This document shows positions 18,082 to 28,193 of a DNA stretch of 64,000 nt, one piece after another (within the stretch, counting starts at the first letter, position 1; the number at the start of each line of letters is the position of its first letter). The notes below the pieces were generated by a model. The model was not told where the DNA came from. It saw nothing but the letters and a program-made list of their open reading frames with translations, and searched no databases. The translations under genes and the position numbers were made by a program. The DNA is from a virus. Lineage: Duplodnaviria > Caudoviricetes. The stretch spans positions 15,508 through 79,507 of IMG/VR virus record IMGVR_UViG_3300028832_000123; one strand, 5' to 3'.

Positions 18082-18459
18082 TCATTCCTTCTTTCTGAAA
18101 TAAAATGAAAGTGTTTCGTTTCCGCTGTCCCACGAATCCAGATAATCTCCATTACGTATGCATACTGCGTGGCTGCCTGTGCCTACAATGTACGTTCCTT
18201 CAGGATACATATCGCAGAACTCCCTTACGGTTATGCATTCCGGACAATGTCTCGGCAGCAGGAACGGCTCAAAACCACGGTCATACAGGTACATACCCCA
18301 TACATGGTTCACGCTGGGCATACTGCATTCCGACCTGCCAACACGGCACAGATCGTCGTACACCTTGTACCAGTCTTTTCCGGTTGCAAGGCATATCGCC
18401 CTGATCACACAGTCCGGTTCAGTCCTGCCGAGCGGATTCGGATTTGCATAGATCCACAT
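18082..18459 (-). CDS. putative papain-like cysteine peptidase
   Basis: NPNP...DCVIRA (Cys), SHAVC (His), YLDSWDSG (Asp). Confidence 0.6.
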   Translation of the reverse strand: MWIYANPNPLGRTEPDCVIRAICLATGKDWYKVYDDLCRVGRSECSMPSVNHVWGMYLYDRGFEPFLLPRHCPECITVREFCDMYPEGTYIVGTGSHAVCIRNGDYLDSWDSGNETLSFYFRKKE

Positions 18460-18461
18460 CG

Positions 18462-18641
18462 TCAGGCGCACTCCGGACTAATGCCACAGTCTGTAAGGAT
18501 CATGTCAGCAACAGAATCATCATCCGGATACAGGTCCATCAGTGTGGCTGTAAGGAGCATCATGGCATATGCAGTCTCCGGACTTGCTCCGATTGCTGAA
18601 ACTATCCTGTCAATGTTCTTTTTGCATTTGCGTGGGTACAT
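18462..18641 (-). CDS. small hypothetical protein
   Basis: GGAAGGTG RBS, coupled to the downstream gene. Confidence 0.5.
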   Translation of the reverse strand: MYPRKCKKNIDRIVSAIGASPETAYAMMLLTATLMDLYPDDDSVADMILTDCGISPECA

Positions 18642-18676
18642 CCGAAACACCTTCCTTTCGCTTAAAATTGTGCAAT

Positions 18677-18712
18677 AAAAAAGGCCTACCCACAAGTTCG
18701 TGGATAGGTCTT
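18677..18712 (-). terminator. intrinsic terminator
   Basis: GACCTATCCAC/GTGGGTAGGCC followed by a T-tract on the minus strand. Confidence 0.7.
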
Positions 18713-18829
18713 CAACGGTTCATGTTTGGTTCATTTACGGGTCATGTGAAATAGAAATGTACAATTTAACGAATAGCTTTTTCGGTCGGGAAATTTGGGG
18801 TGCAATAGCGTCCTTATCATGGCTCCGTT

Positions 18830-20407
18830 TTATTGGCTGTTCACATAAACTGTGTTGTCAAGATCACGATAGTCTGTAATATACGTTGAATCCAATCCAA
18901 ACACACAACTTGACGAACTTGAATCTACGATATTGTAATAACCGTAGATGCTTCCTTTTTGTGCTGTTGAGTGAATAACTCTTGTGTGATTTGTTTTGAA
19001 TCTGCAACTATCCAGAATCAGTTTCCCATTTGCATCAAATATCACGCTGTAACCTTGTGCAATAATATCGCACTCCTTAAATGTGACATTCGTTTTGAAC
19101 GTTGTACTGAGCGATGTGTTTACAAGCCTTCTGCCGCTCATTTTGCAATTATGGAAGAGGACATTATGAACCGCATAAGCACCAACGTTTAACCTTATGT
19201 CGCAATTTATGAACTGAAGGTTTACATTCATTTCTTGCATTGCGATCAAAGGCTTATCTGTTCCATCAACATGATAGATTGTGCAGTTTTCAAACACTAC
19301 GTTAGGAGCAGTATTTGAAGCATAATAAGTCATAATTATGGAGGAGTTACCGGAAACCATATCCTCTGAATAATGATTGTGCATGGCAATAATTGCATTT
19401 TTAATTATCATGCACGTATTCGGTTCTGTTGATGCAAAGTGAGAACATTTTGCCGTGATATTATCGACAATAACGTTTGAGTTTCCAGCTTCACCTTCCT
19501 GCTGTGTTGCACTTTCAATCAGTATCACATCATCAGAGTAAGCGTTCCCATTGAACGCTAAATTTGTAAGGTTTATGTTTTTCAGTTTTGTTGATCCATA
19601 GAACATGTGATAACCGCCCGGAGAGATAGCCATATCATCAAAAATCCAATCGGTTATGGAAAGATCACTGATGTTTTGACAATATATCCCCATTCCGCAG
19701 TTATTCATTTCTATATCGTTCATGCAGATATTACGTGTTCTGTAATCTGCTTCTGAACTTGCTGTGTTCCACGTTCCAATCGTGAAACAATAGCCGATCT
19801 GTATAAACCGTAATTTTGCAAATGTTATAAATGAGCAGTTGTCTATTGTAAAGACATGAACATTTGACAATAAAGCACCTGTCCGAACAGAATGTTCCCC
19901 CGGTGAATCAGGCGTTTTATCGTTTGTTGATTTGAATGTAAGTCCTTCAACGTGTATGTTTTCACACTCCAAGAAGTCAAACAAACGGCTGTTTGCTGCT
20001 GTTGAGTGCTTATAAATAGATCCTGTGCCTATAATCTTGATGTTTTGTTTGTTCTGTATCCTGATTTCAGAATCACAGATATATTCCCCATTCATCACAT
20101 AAACAGGAGAATCTACCGCAAACATAGCAGCTATGGCTGTGCTGTCATCTGTCACCCCATCACCTTTCGCACCGTACATTTCCGGTGTCAAATAAGGAAT
20201 AACGTTGCTTGCTATGTCAGAAACAGGAATCCCTGTTTGCGGTTTTTGATATGCCGTATCAGCAAGACCAAGAGAATCCTGCACACCGGATGATAAATCG
20301 GTGTCAGGGATGCCACCACTCGGCTTTGTGTATTTGCCCTCTATTCCGCTCTTAATATCCTCAAAATCTTTCTTGAAAAGCCCTTTTATAAATGCTAAGT
20401 CCAACAT
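18830..20407 (-). CDS. right-handed beta-helix (pectate-lyase-like) protein, putative depolymerase
   Basis: TPEMYGAKGDGVTDDS.AI motif followed by N/I/T-rich beta-helix repeats. Confidence 0.8.
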   Translation of the reverse strand: MLDLAFIKGLFKKDFEDIKSGIEGKYTKPSGGIPDTDLSSGVQDSLGLADTAYQKPQTGIPVSDIASNVIPYLTPEMYGAKGDGVTDDSTAIAAMFAVDSPVYVMNGEYICDSEIRIQNKQNIKIIGTGSIYKHSTAANSRLFDFLECENIHVEGLTFKSTNDKTPDSPGEHSVRTGALLSNVHVFTIDNCSFITFAKLRFIQIGYCFTIGTWNTASSEADYRTRNICMNDIEMNNCGMGIYCQNISDLSITDWIFDDMAISPGGYHMFYGSTKLKNINLTNLAFNGNAYSDDVILIESATQQEGEAGNSNVIVDNITAKCSHFASTEPNTCMIIKNAIIAMHNHYSEDMVSGNSSIIMTYYASNTAPNVVFENCTIYHVDGTDKPLIAMQEMNVNLQFINCDIRLNVGAYAVHNVLFHNCKMSGRRLVNTSLSTTFKTNVTFKECDIIAQGYSVIFDANGKLILDSCRFKTNHTRVIHSTAQKGSIYGYYNIVDSSSSSCVFGLDSTYITDYRDLDNTVYVNSQ

Positions 20408-20411
20408 GTTT

Positions 20412-20648
20412 TTACACCTCGCTCCACGTGCCGGCGTCAGCATTAAATGTCTTCACATCTCCGGTATCTACTTCAAGAAAACACGATCCGGAGCAGATCC
20501 GGATAACGTTGTTGCCATCATGAACCTCAGTAGGTTTTGTGTCTGTAGACAGGCCGGAGAATGAAAAGTATCTCATGTTCGGAACAAGCGCCATTGTTGC
20601 GTCACGGGCCGGTCTACTTCCTGTAATATACACACTCATGTTCATCAT
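20412..20648 (-). CDS. small hypothetical protein
   Basis: GLSTDTKPT...GS.FLEVDTG...FNA...W. Confidence 0.7.
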   Translation of the reverse strand: MMNMSVYITGSRPARDATMALVPNMRYFSFSGLSTDTKPTEVHDGNNVIRICSGSCFLEVDTGDVKTFNADAGTWSEV

Positions 20649-20708
20649 TCCTTTCTGTTGAAATAATGCGGTACACTTTCAGTTGTCCTTACTCATATAC
20701 CGCACTGC

Positions 20709-20942
20709 TTAATATTTGTTATACTCCTCTTCCATTATTCGGAATATCTTATGTCCGCCATTATGAACCTTTCGCTTTATTGTAGAATCTGACAGGTGAA
20801 ATTCTTCTTCCAGTTCGCCAATCGTTTTATCGTCTACATAAAATCTGATCAGCAGCTGTCTGTCTATATCCCCCTGTATGAATTCTTCTGTTAGCTCACG
20901 GAACCGATGGTTGCTGAATATCTCTGGTTTCTGTTTTTTCAT
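20709..20942 (-). CDS. small HTH (sigma region 4-like) protein
   Basis: DRQLLIRFYVD.KTI.EL.EEF.LS.STIKR. Confidence 0.7.
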   Translation of the reverse strand: MKKQKPEIFSNHRFRELTEEFIQGDIDRQLLIRFYVDDKTIGELEEEFHLSDSTIKRKVHNGGHKIFRIMEEEYNKY

Positions 20943-21219
20943 TCAGCACCTCCGGACTCACACCGTTCATCCTGGCGAATGTTTCCAGCCATTTTTCAGT
21001 TCGTGCAGTGTAGTTGTCAACAAACACTTTTGACTGTTCAACAGTGGCACTTGCTACCTTAATGGCAGCAATGGAAACAGCTACGACAGCAATGGTCAGA
21101 AGGATAGCGACAACAATGCACAGGTTTTTCATACTGCTGTTCATGTGCGTCAGGTGCATCTTTTCCATTTCTGACTGATGCTTTGGAACCATTGGAACAT
21201 CATTGCGATTCTCGTCCAT
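20896..21219 (-). CDS. membrane protein
   Basis: one TM segment; RBS GAGGA. Confidence 0.6.
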   Translation of the reverse strand: MDENRNDVPMVPKHQSEMEKMHLTHMNSSMKNLCIVVAILLTIAVVAVSIAAIKVASATVEQSKVFVDNYTARTEKWLETFARMNGVSPEVLNEKTETRDIQQPSVP

Positions 21220-21220
21220 A

Positions 21221-21430
21221 TTATTCCTCGTCTTTCGGCGCTTCAGGGATGCCTGTAGCCATTGCCAGGAGGATAGAACATACGAATCCGAATGCACCAG
21301 CTGACAGGGCACCAATCCAGTTCACGTCCCCCAGTACTACAGCGCCACCGCCAATGAAAGCGAGGGCGCTTTCCGCAAAAGTCCGGATACCACGAATCAG
21401 GGCTGCCTTCCAAAATTTCCAAGTGAACAT
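21221..21430 (-). CDS. holin (r1t-like)
   Basis: FWKAALIRGIRTFAE.A....G......VNW...S...G.PE. Confidence 0.88.
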   Translation of the reverse strand: MFTWKFWKAALIRGIRTFAESALAFIGGGAVVLGDVNWIGALSAGAFGFVCSILLAMATGIPEAPKDEE

Positions 21431-21447
21431 TGTAAATTCTCCTTTCC

Positions 21448-21918
21448 TTACTGTTGCCAGTCACTTTCTCTATACTCACCGTCAATGAGATAATTCCTCA
21501 TTGCGGTTTGTACATTCTTCGGGGCAGAGTCTTTCTCCAGCAGGGCAAGCATGCCATGACACAACGCTTTGTTCCCATTCTCCAGCCGGCTCACCCTGTT
21601 CTCGAAAGCGTTCAGCTGACGGGTATGCGAGTCTATGTTCTCCTTATCCGCAGCGAAGCGCTTATCGATTTCAGCGAACTTACTGTCGAGTTCCGGTTTA
21701 AGCTTTTCCATAACCTTATCCGCAATGCGATCCGTAATGTCCTGTCCATTCAGTTGCTGACGTTGCATGCGCCGTTCGTGTTCCTTCCGGAAAATTTCAA
21801 TAACCTTATACCCAAGCACAACAAGGGCAGCAAGTCCGACGAGCACAACCATGAAATTCCACAGCATTGACGGGGATATGCCTTCAATCTTCGGCAGTTC
21901 ATTTTCCATTTTCATCAC
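21448..21918 (-). CDS. membrane coiled-coil lysis-region protein
   Basis: N-terminal TM plus coiled coil; lies between endolysin and holin. Confidence 0.7.
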   Translation of the reverse strand: MMKMENELPKIEGISPSMLWNFMVVLVGLAALVVLGYKVIEIFRKEHERRMQRQQLNGQDITDRIADKVMEKLKPELDSKFAEIDKRFAADKENIDSHTRQLNAFENRVSRLENGNKALCHGMLALLEKDSAPKNVQTAMRNYLIDGEYRESDWQQ

Positions 21919-21923
21919 TCTCC

Positions 21924-22763
21924 TTAATACTTTCCTTTGCCGTCCCCGACAATGTCCAGGAACTGTGCCATCATGTACCAGCCTTTACGCTTACCGCAGT
22001 TGATCTTTGCCCATTCTTCTCCCGGGTCGATGATCGTAACCTCAGTACCGCATGGGATGCTGTCCCATGTTTTGCAACTCGTGCTCGGATATTGTCGCAG
22101 TTTCACGGGCTTTCCGTTGTCCGCCACAACAATTGCCTTACAGTCAGAAGTCGCAATCGGTTCCTTAATGATGTCTTCGGCTTTACTCGCCGTTGTACCG
22201 CCGTCTTTGCCGGCGGCATCCACAATCGGTTTTGCCTTACCGTGGTAATTCCATCCGCCGTTCAGGTTGGTGTCAACCTTCATGCGGGGGCTGGTCATGT
22301 GTGTAATTTGCAGAGGACTCACGCTCGTTACTGCCCCTACGTGATAGTAGTCATTAAGGTCGTGATTGTAGTATGCTCCGGTAGGTTTATATCGGTTCGG
22401 CAAATCATACTTGTGTGATATGGATCCGCCGTTACATGCCTTTCTTACTCTTCCGTCTTTGTCGCATGCCTTGTAAATAACATCGCCGAGTTCGAGGTCG
22501 GATACCCGTTCGATATACTCAAGGTCTACCGTCTGGTATCTGGCTGCGTAGTTACTGCCGTGGATGCCTGTCCACTTCAGGCCCATCCGCTGGATTGCTC
22601 CGATGATCAGCCCGATACAGTCGCAGGTCCCGTCCGTCCCGTCCCCTGGCTGTTTGTATGCAGGGTTTAGGGATTTGATCTTGGCGATCATGGAGAGAAA
22701 CTTCGTTACGAGTTTTTTGTAGGCGTTGATAACAGCCTGTGCCAGACTTTTGAACACGCTCAT
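21924..22763 (-). CDS. endolysin (NlpC/P60-like Cys peptidase plus SH3)
   Basis: CDCIGLI, YYHVG catalytic motifs; C-terminal VKLRQYPS...W.KI...GWYMM SH3b. Confidence 0.85.
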   Translation of the reverse strand: MSVFKSLAQAVINAYKKLVTKFLSMIAKIKSLNPAYKQPGDGTDGTCDCIGLIIGAIQRMGLKWTGIHGSNYAARYQTVDLEYIERVSDLELGDVIYKACDKDGRVRKACNGGSISHKYDLPNRYKPTGAYYNHDLNDYYHVGAVTSVSPLQITHMTSPRMKVDTNLNGGWNYHGKAKPIVDAAGKDGGTTASKAEDIIKEPIATSDCKAIVVADNGKPVKLRQYPSTSCKTWDSIPCGTEVTIIDPGEEWAKINCGKRKGWYMMAQFLDIVGDGKGKY

Positions 22764-23068
22764 CCGTTGTCACCGCCTTCCTCTTCCGGCTGATCCGGTT
22801 CGGTGCTCTTCGAGCCAAACTGGATCCGGACCTTGTCAAGCATCGCAAGTAGTCCTTTTTCATAGGTGCTGTTCCTTGTGTATGCCCATACATTCAGAAG
22901 CATGACGCCTGTAGTCATCAGACCGAGGTACACAACGTTGATGGATGTCTCCGGATGGATGAGCATAATAACGGAAAGCCACGACAGGTATACGGCCCAG
23001 AATATTGCTGTCCACCTCGCAAGCCATTTGGAAAATTGATTACGGGGATCAATGTTCTTTCCGCTCAT
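22760..23068 (-). CDS. two-TM membrane protein (holin-like)
   Basis: FSKWLA plus two TM helices; coupled to the endolysin. Confidence 0.65.
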   Translation of the reverse strand: MSGKNIDPRNQFSKWLARWTAIFWAVYLSWLSVIMLIHPETSINVVYLGLMTTGVMLLNVWAYTRNSTYEKGLLAMLDKVRIQFGSKSTEPDQPEEEGGDNG

Positions 23069-23305
23069 ACACTCACCACCTTCCTTAACTGAAAAGACAC
23101 CGAACAACAGGATTCCTCCCACCGTTCGGTGTCTACACTACTCTTCCGCTTAATAATAGCACAATATGTAGTACTTGCACAAGAGTATGTACACATTTTT
23201 GTTCGGCTGTTACCTGATCACTGGTCACTCGGCTTGCAAGGAAGCAAGCACCTCATAAAGTTAGTCACGTCAATTGCCACGAAAATAGTCCTTTTCACGG
23301 CTTTA

Positions 23306-23881
23306 TTATGTAGTCATAAACTCCACACTGATACCATAATGTTCAGCGCAAGCATCAGCAGAATCATAGGATTGATTGTCCGTGAATCTCAATGTCAACA
23401 CAAATGAGTCTGCATTTGCAGGAACAGACAGTTCCACAGGAACCTCACTACAATTAAAATCATCACGTTGGATGCCTTTTATCTTGTGAGCGTGTTCTCC
23501 TGATGCTCCGCTGTCAACGTCCTTTGTCCATACGATTCTTGCCCCTGTCCCATTGTAGAAAGCAGTTTTATCTGTTGCGTTCACTTTTACTTTTGTTGTC
23601 CCTTGTGGGAGTTTTATTGCATACGGATAATCAACATATGCTGTTGAGGCACAAGCCAACTGCCGTTCCGTTGCACTTATCCCTTTCCCAAATGCCGTCA
23701 TATATTTCGTTGCATTTGTGGATGATGGTGTTGTATATGTTGCTAAAGGGTCTGAATATGCCGCTGTCCTCCATTCCCATACTATTTCAAGCGTAGGCAC
23801 AGGCGGTACAGGATCAAAACTCACGGTTTCGATTTTATGACCGGAAAAATCAGTTCCCGGAATAATTAATGTGTTCGCCAT
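23306..23881 (-). CDS. tail-associated hypothetical protein
   Basis: MANTLIIPGTDFS start; follows tail fibre genes. Confidence 0.7.
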   Translation of the reverse strand: MANTLIIPGTDFSGHKIETVSFDPVPPVPTLEIVWEWRTAAYSDPLATYTTPSSTNATKYMTAFGKGISATERQLACASTAYVDYPYAIKLPQGTTKVKVNATDKTAFYNGTGARIVWTKDVDSGASGEHAHKIKGIQRDDFNCSEVPVELSVPANADSFVLTLRFTDNQSYDSADACAEHYGISVEFMTT

Positions 23882-23895
23882 TTCCTGCACCCCTT

Positions 23896-25386
23896 TCAAA
23901 TGCTCAACCGGATGAAATGCGCTCCGGTTGTGTTTTCACATATCACTTTGCCGATTGCGCTTGTATCGCTTGCATCAAGGCTTAATGTACCATCACTTGC
24001 AACATTCAGATAATAGCCGATTGTAGGAGAAACAAAGCCAAGCAGTTCAGCGCATACCCAGCCTTCATGTTGAACGTATGCGATATTGTTTGTTGAATCA
24101 TAGTAATAAATAATTCCAATGCAATCATCCGCACCTGTGGCAAGCTGAAGGTGATACCGACCGCTGTTTTTCATCGCAACCGCCTTTTTTGCGGTTAGTG
24201 CTGTATACTGAAGATACTGCACGGTATCCCCTGTTTCAAACAGCATACCGTCCCAACCTTCAACCATAGCACCCTTCACATTGCCGTGAATGAAAAGGTG
24301 CTGTGCTGTCCAGCTTGATCCTTTATCCTCCATGATCCAATTAAACACACAGTTGAACAGGTAATAGTGATTTTCAACAGATGAAGCGTAATCCGTTGCC
24401 GTGAAACCAAATCCACGGCAGTTTTCCATAATAACAAGATTCGACTGTCCGCTTGTGTTTGTGTGGATTGTCACAACGTCCCCAAAGTCACAATCATTAA
24501 ACAGGAACACTTTTCGCCCGTCTACACCTGCTCCGTAACTGATGTTCCCGTTACCGCCTGACGTTGTATTTGTTGCAAAGAATCGGCACTTTTCGCACCG
24601 TCTGATTTTCGGTTTTGTGGAAGAAAACGACATATCATCGTGAACAGCATACCGGATATTGTTTGCCTTGACGGTCAGGTTTTTAAGACCTGAATTGCCT
24701 TTGATGTTCAGCGTTGATACATGGTTTCTGGTTGTCTGATCGTATGTGGTTGTGTCCATTTCGGCGGTCAGCACTACATCATCACGCAGGATTCCCATTC
24801 CTTCAAGCGTGATACCGTCCGTAATTGTCAGACCGACAAAACCTTCTGCGCTGATTTCTTCGCTTGTAAACTCGGAAAGAATATCGTATGTTCCCGGTGC
24901 TATCTGAATTACAAACGGATTGTCAGCGGATGCTCCTGCTTCCTGTGCTGTTTCAACGGCAGACCGGATAGATCCGTTTGCAGCGACTTCGATGATATGA
25001 GGATTCAGTTTTTCACTGTCAAACAGTTCCGTTTTGATATGACCGTTTGCAAACCTTGCGAGAACATTTCCGTCAGGATCAGACAGGTCTAAATCAACTC
25101 CGGTTTTCGTACTTTCTTTTATATCCGGTTTGCCCTGTAAACCGCTCAATACACTGGATAACTGAGCGCCCAAGTTAGTCGGGCCTTCCTTGGTTGTGTT
25201 CGCCCAGGTCGTATTCGCAGTGTGCCCATCCGGCAAATAATAAACCTGGCCGTTATGCACTACATATGTGCCGGCTTCATTTGCAACAGACTCAACAAAC
25301 TGAGTGGCAACCATACTTTTCAGTTGGTCCACTATAATCTTTCCGTCTTTGAGTTTCATTACTTCATCCGGAATACTCACGTTCAT
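23896..25386 (-). CDS. tail fibre/spike with beta-helix domain
   Basis: VIQIAPGTYD, RYAVHDD beta-helix pattern. Confidence 0.7.
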   Translation of the reverse strand: MNVSIPDEVMKLKDGKIIVDQLKSMVATQFVESVANEAGTYVVHNGQVYYLPDGHTANTTWANTTKEGPTNLGAQLSSVLSGLQGKPDIKESTKTGVDLDLSDPDGNVLARFANGHIKTELFDSEKLNPHIIEVAANGSIRSAVETAQEAGASADNPFVIQIAPGTYDILSEFTSEEISAEGFVGLTITDGITLEGMGILRDDVVLTAEMDTTTYDQTTRNHVSTLNIKGNSGLKNLTVKANNIRYAVHDDMSFSSTKPKIRRCEKCRFFATNTTSGGNGNISYGAGVDGRKVFLFNDCDFGDVVTIHTNTSGQSNLVIMENCRGFGFTATDYASSVENHYYLFNCVFNWIMEDKGSSWTAQHLFIHGNVKGAMVEGWDGMLFETGDTVQYLQYTALTAKKAVAMKNSGRYHLQLATGADDCIGIIYYYDSTNNIAYVQHEGWVCAELLGFVSPTIGYYLNVASDGTLSLDASDTSAIGKVICENTTGAHFIRLSI

Positions 25387-25392
25387 ACCTCC

Positions 25393-28092
25393 TTAATCGT
25401 CAAATAACGCCTGTGTATGTGCGTCTGTGGCAAACGTAATCATGTCGCCGATGTTGACCTCAGTCCAGTGCGCTGCTGTCCAAGCCTCAGACGAGTTGAT
25501 CTGCGTGTTGCACTCGTACATTTTTCCGTCGTGTAGACAATGTTTCCCGACAAGGATCGGCAGAGTAAGATCGTCATAACTCTGTGCAATAACATCGGAA
25601 CTGAAATCGATAACTTCAAGCTTTGTACCGCCGGTACCATCCGGATTACAGTGAACGTAAACGTCGCCGGCAAGACGCTCATTACCGGCCCAGTCAAGAC
25701 TGCGTGCGTTGGAAAGGGAATTGTCACCGGTACCATTACCAATGATCTCTACGTAATTGTAATCGTAATCCTGAGACCAATGTGATGCAACCCACGATGA
25801 ATCTGTGTTTGCAGTACGACAAACATATCCAGTAACTGTATTTCCATTCGATATTTTTACTTTTTCTCCAATAGAATACGTCGTTCCAGCAACCCATTCG
25901 GGCCAGGTTGAATAGCTGTCAACAACATTGAATCTACCGCCAACGTGAGAGCTTGACGCAACGGCTTTTGTTGCGTTTCCTTCCGTATGTGAAAATGTTC
26001 CGTTTGCATGCGTGTATCTTCCCTCTGCGTGTGCGAATGCACCACCTGCCTCAGTACTGTCACCTTCTGCGTGGCTGTACGATCCGGAAGCTTGTGTTGC
26101 ATATCCTTCAGAATGCGAACAATAAGCAGACGCCTGTGTTTGGTTCCCTTCTGCGTGTGCGTACACATATGCTGTCGTCTGATATCCTTCTGCATGGCCG
26201 TATGAACCGGTTACATTTGTTTCGCATCCTTCCGTATGTGCCCCTGCGGCTGATGCCTTCGTCCTTATGCCTTCTGCATGAGCGCCATCGCCGTTTGTAA
26301 GCGTCTTAACGCCTTCTGTATGAGACGCACTTCCTTCCGCTTTGCTGTAATAAACAGTTCCGTTTTCTGTATAATCTCCGCCAATACCTTCCGCATGAGA
26401 ACCAGTAGAAGTGGCAGTAGTGTTCAGACCTTCAGCATGCGAATAATCGCTTTTGCTTTCAGTTCCAGAGCCTTCAGCGTGAGATGCTATGCCTGTAGAT
26501 TTTGTCTGATCACCTTCAGCGTGAGAACGGTTTCCTTGTGAACGAGTCAGGTAACCTTCAGCGTGAGATTCTATTCCGTCAGCATATGTGTCGTAGCCTT
26601 CAGCATGGGACGCTGCATATGAAGCTCTTGTTTTATGGCCTTCTGCGTGACCGCCATAAACTTCCTGGCTTCCAGCAGCGAAAACTCGTGTTTGATATCC
26701 TTCTGTGTGAGAAGCATAGCCTTGCGCTTCGGATGTTTCTGTATAGGTTCCCCTATTTACTGTTCCGCCTGTGCCTTCAGCGTGGGATGCCTGACCACTT
26801 GCTTTTGTGCTAAGGCCTTCAGCGTGGGAATTTTGGCCGGCAGATGCCGTGCTGTTTCCTTCTGCATGAGAGCAATGACCAGTAGCTAATGTGGAAACGC
26901 CTTCTGCGTGTGAATTTTCACCGCTTGCTGTAGTATAATTGCCTTCTGCATGTGATTGTACATTTGAAGCGATAGTACTAAATCCTTCCGCATGCGAATT
27001 AACCCCACTTGCAGTTGTACGATAGCCTTCAGCATGAGATAAATTCCCATCAGCTACCGTTTCGAGTCCTTCTGCGTGAGCAACTCCTCCGCTTGCTCTT
27101 GTGCCTTGCCCTTCAGCATGAGAATACACTCCGCTCGCCGTAACATTTTCACCAAACGCAAACGAAGCTTCTCCGGATGTAGTATTCTCTTTCCGTCCCC
27201 TGCTCAGGGTCGTTTCCAGTACCGTGTCCCGCTTGTCAGCTTTGCCGGTAACGTCCACGTAGGAAATATCAATGTACTGCGAGCCAGTCCAACGGTACTG
27301 GTGATTGTTTGACGTACTGATGTAGATCTTTCCGCTTTCGCCAGGATTCGGGAACTGCGAAAGTGATGGGTACTCGACAACGTCATCCACATAAGACGGA
27401 AGCTGTTCAGACGGAACACGTCCGGTTCCATCCAGGGACGCAACACCGCCGGACATTCCCTTCCGGATGTCGTCATTAAGTTCCGCCGTCTTTGCGTACG
27501 GAGAAAGGTCAATCGATCCGGGGATATTAAACGGGTCAGGGTTCGGTAATTCACCGTTATTTTTCCATGTCAGCACACCGTTCTCGTCTACGCTCGGCGT
27601 GTACACTGCGCCAGGGGCACCGTCAAATTCTCCTGACGCCTTTGCACGTTCAAGCTCAGTTTCGATCTGCTGTCCCATTCCGGAAGCGACATCATCAACA
27701 TGACCGACAGCAGTGTTAAGCGCTGCTATCAGCTGATCGAGAATGCTCTGTTCTTCCGGCGTGGGCGGATCAATCGTGGGCAGGGCCGTACGAGGATGGA
27801 CCTTGATCATGTTGGCGTACACGGTCTGCCCGTCGTTTGCCGTGTTATGCAGGAACAGCCAGAAATAGACCGTCTTTCCGGAAGTCAGCACATGATCAGG
27901 AATGCCAACACCTTCCGGATCGCCGATCATCGGAATGCTTGCGCCTTTGCTTGAGTTTGCAAAATGAACAGTATAAGAAGACGGAAGGTCAACTCCTGTA
28001 ATAAGCATTTTCTGACCATAGTCATACTGCCACAGGAAACCTTCCTCTCCTGCAATTCTGTTGAGGATCTGATAATTTACTGTTCCTGCCAT
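25393..28092 (-). CDS. long tail fibre/adhesin with YadA-head-like SHAEG repeats
   Basis: about 26 H(A/T/S)EG repeats at roughly 14-aa spacing; BppU-like N-terminus; Trp-rich carbohydrate-binding-like modules. Confidence 0.85.
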   Translation of the reverse strand: MAGTVNYQILNRIAGEEGFLWQYDYGQKMLITGVDLPSSYTVHFANSSKGASIPMIGDPEGVGIPDHVLTSGKTVYFWLFLHNTANDGQTVYANMIKVHPRTALPTIDPPTPEEQSILDQLIAALNTAVGHVDDVASGMGQQIETELERAKASGEFDGAPGAVYTPSVDENGVLTWKNNGELPNPDPFNIPGSIDLSPYAKTAELNDDIRKGMSGGVASLDGTGRVPSEQLPSYVDDVVEYPSLSQFPNPGESGKIYISTSNNHQYRWTGSQYIDISYVDVTGKADKRDTVLETTLSRGRKENTTSGEASFAFGENVTASGVYSHAEGQGTRASGGVAHAEGLETVADGNLSHAEGYRTTASGVNSHAEGFSTIASNVQSHAEGNYTTASGENSHAEGVSTLATGHCSHAEGNSTASAGQNSHAEGLSTKASGQASHAEGTGGTVNRGTYTETSEAQGYASHTEGYQTRVFAAGSQEVYGGHAEGHKTRASYAASHAEGYDTYADGIESHAEGYLTRSQGNRSHAEGDQTKSTGIASHAEGSGTESKSDYSHAEGLNTTATSTGSHAEGIGGDYTENGTVYYSKAEGSASHTEGVKTLTNGDGAHAEGIRTKASAAGAHTEGCETNVTGSYGHAEGYQTTAYVYAHAEGNQTQASAYCSHSEGYATQASGSYSHAEGDSTEAGGAFAHAEGRYTHANGTFSHTEGNATKAVASSSHVGGRFNVVDSYSTWPEWVAGTTYSIGEKVKISNGNTVTGYVCRTANTDSSWVASHWSQDYDYNYVEIIGNGTGDNSLSNARSLDWAGNERLAGDVYVHCNPDGTGGTKLEVIDFSSDVIAQSYDDLTLPILVGKHCLHDGKMYECNTQINSSEAWTAAHWTEVNIGDMITFATDAHTQALFDD

Positions 28093-28193
28093 TCAATCAC
28101 CCCCACGGTTCAAATAACAAAAGGCACCAAACGAATGATTGCTCACCGTTTGGTGCCTTGAAGTATTCTTTTACAGCTACATTATACACAAAA

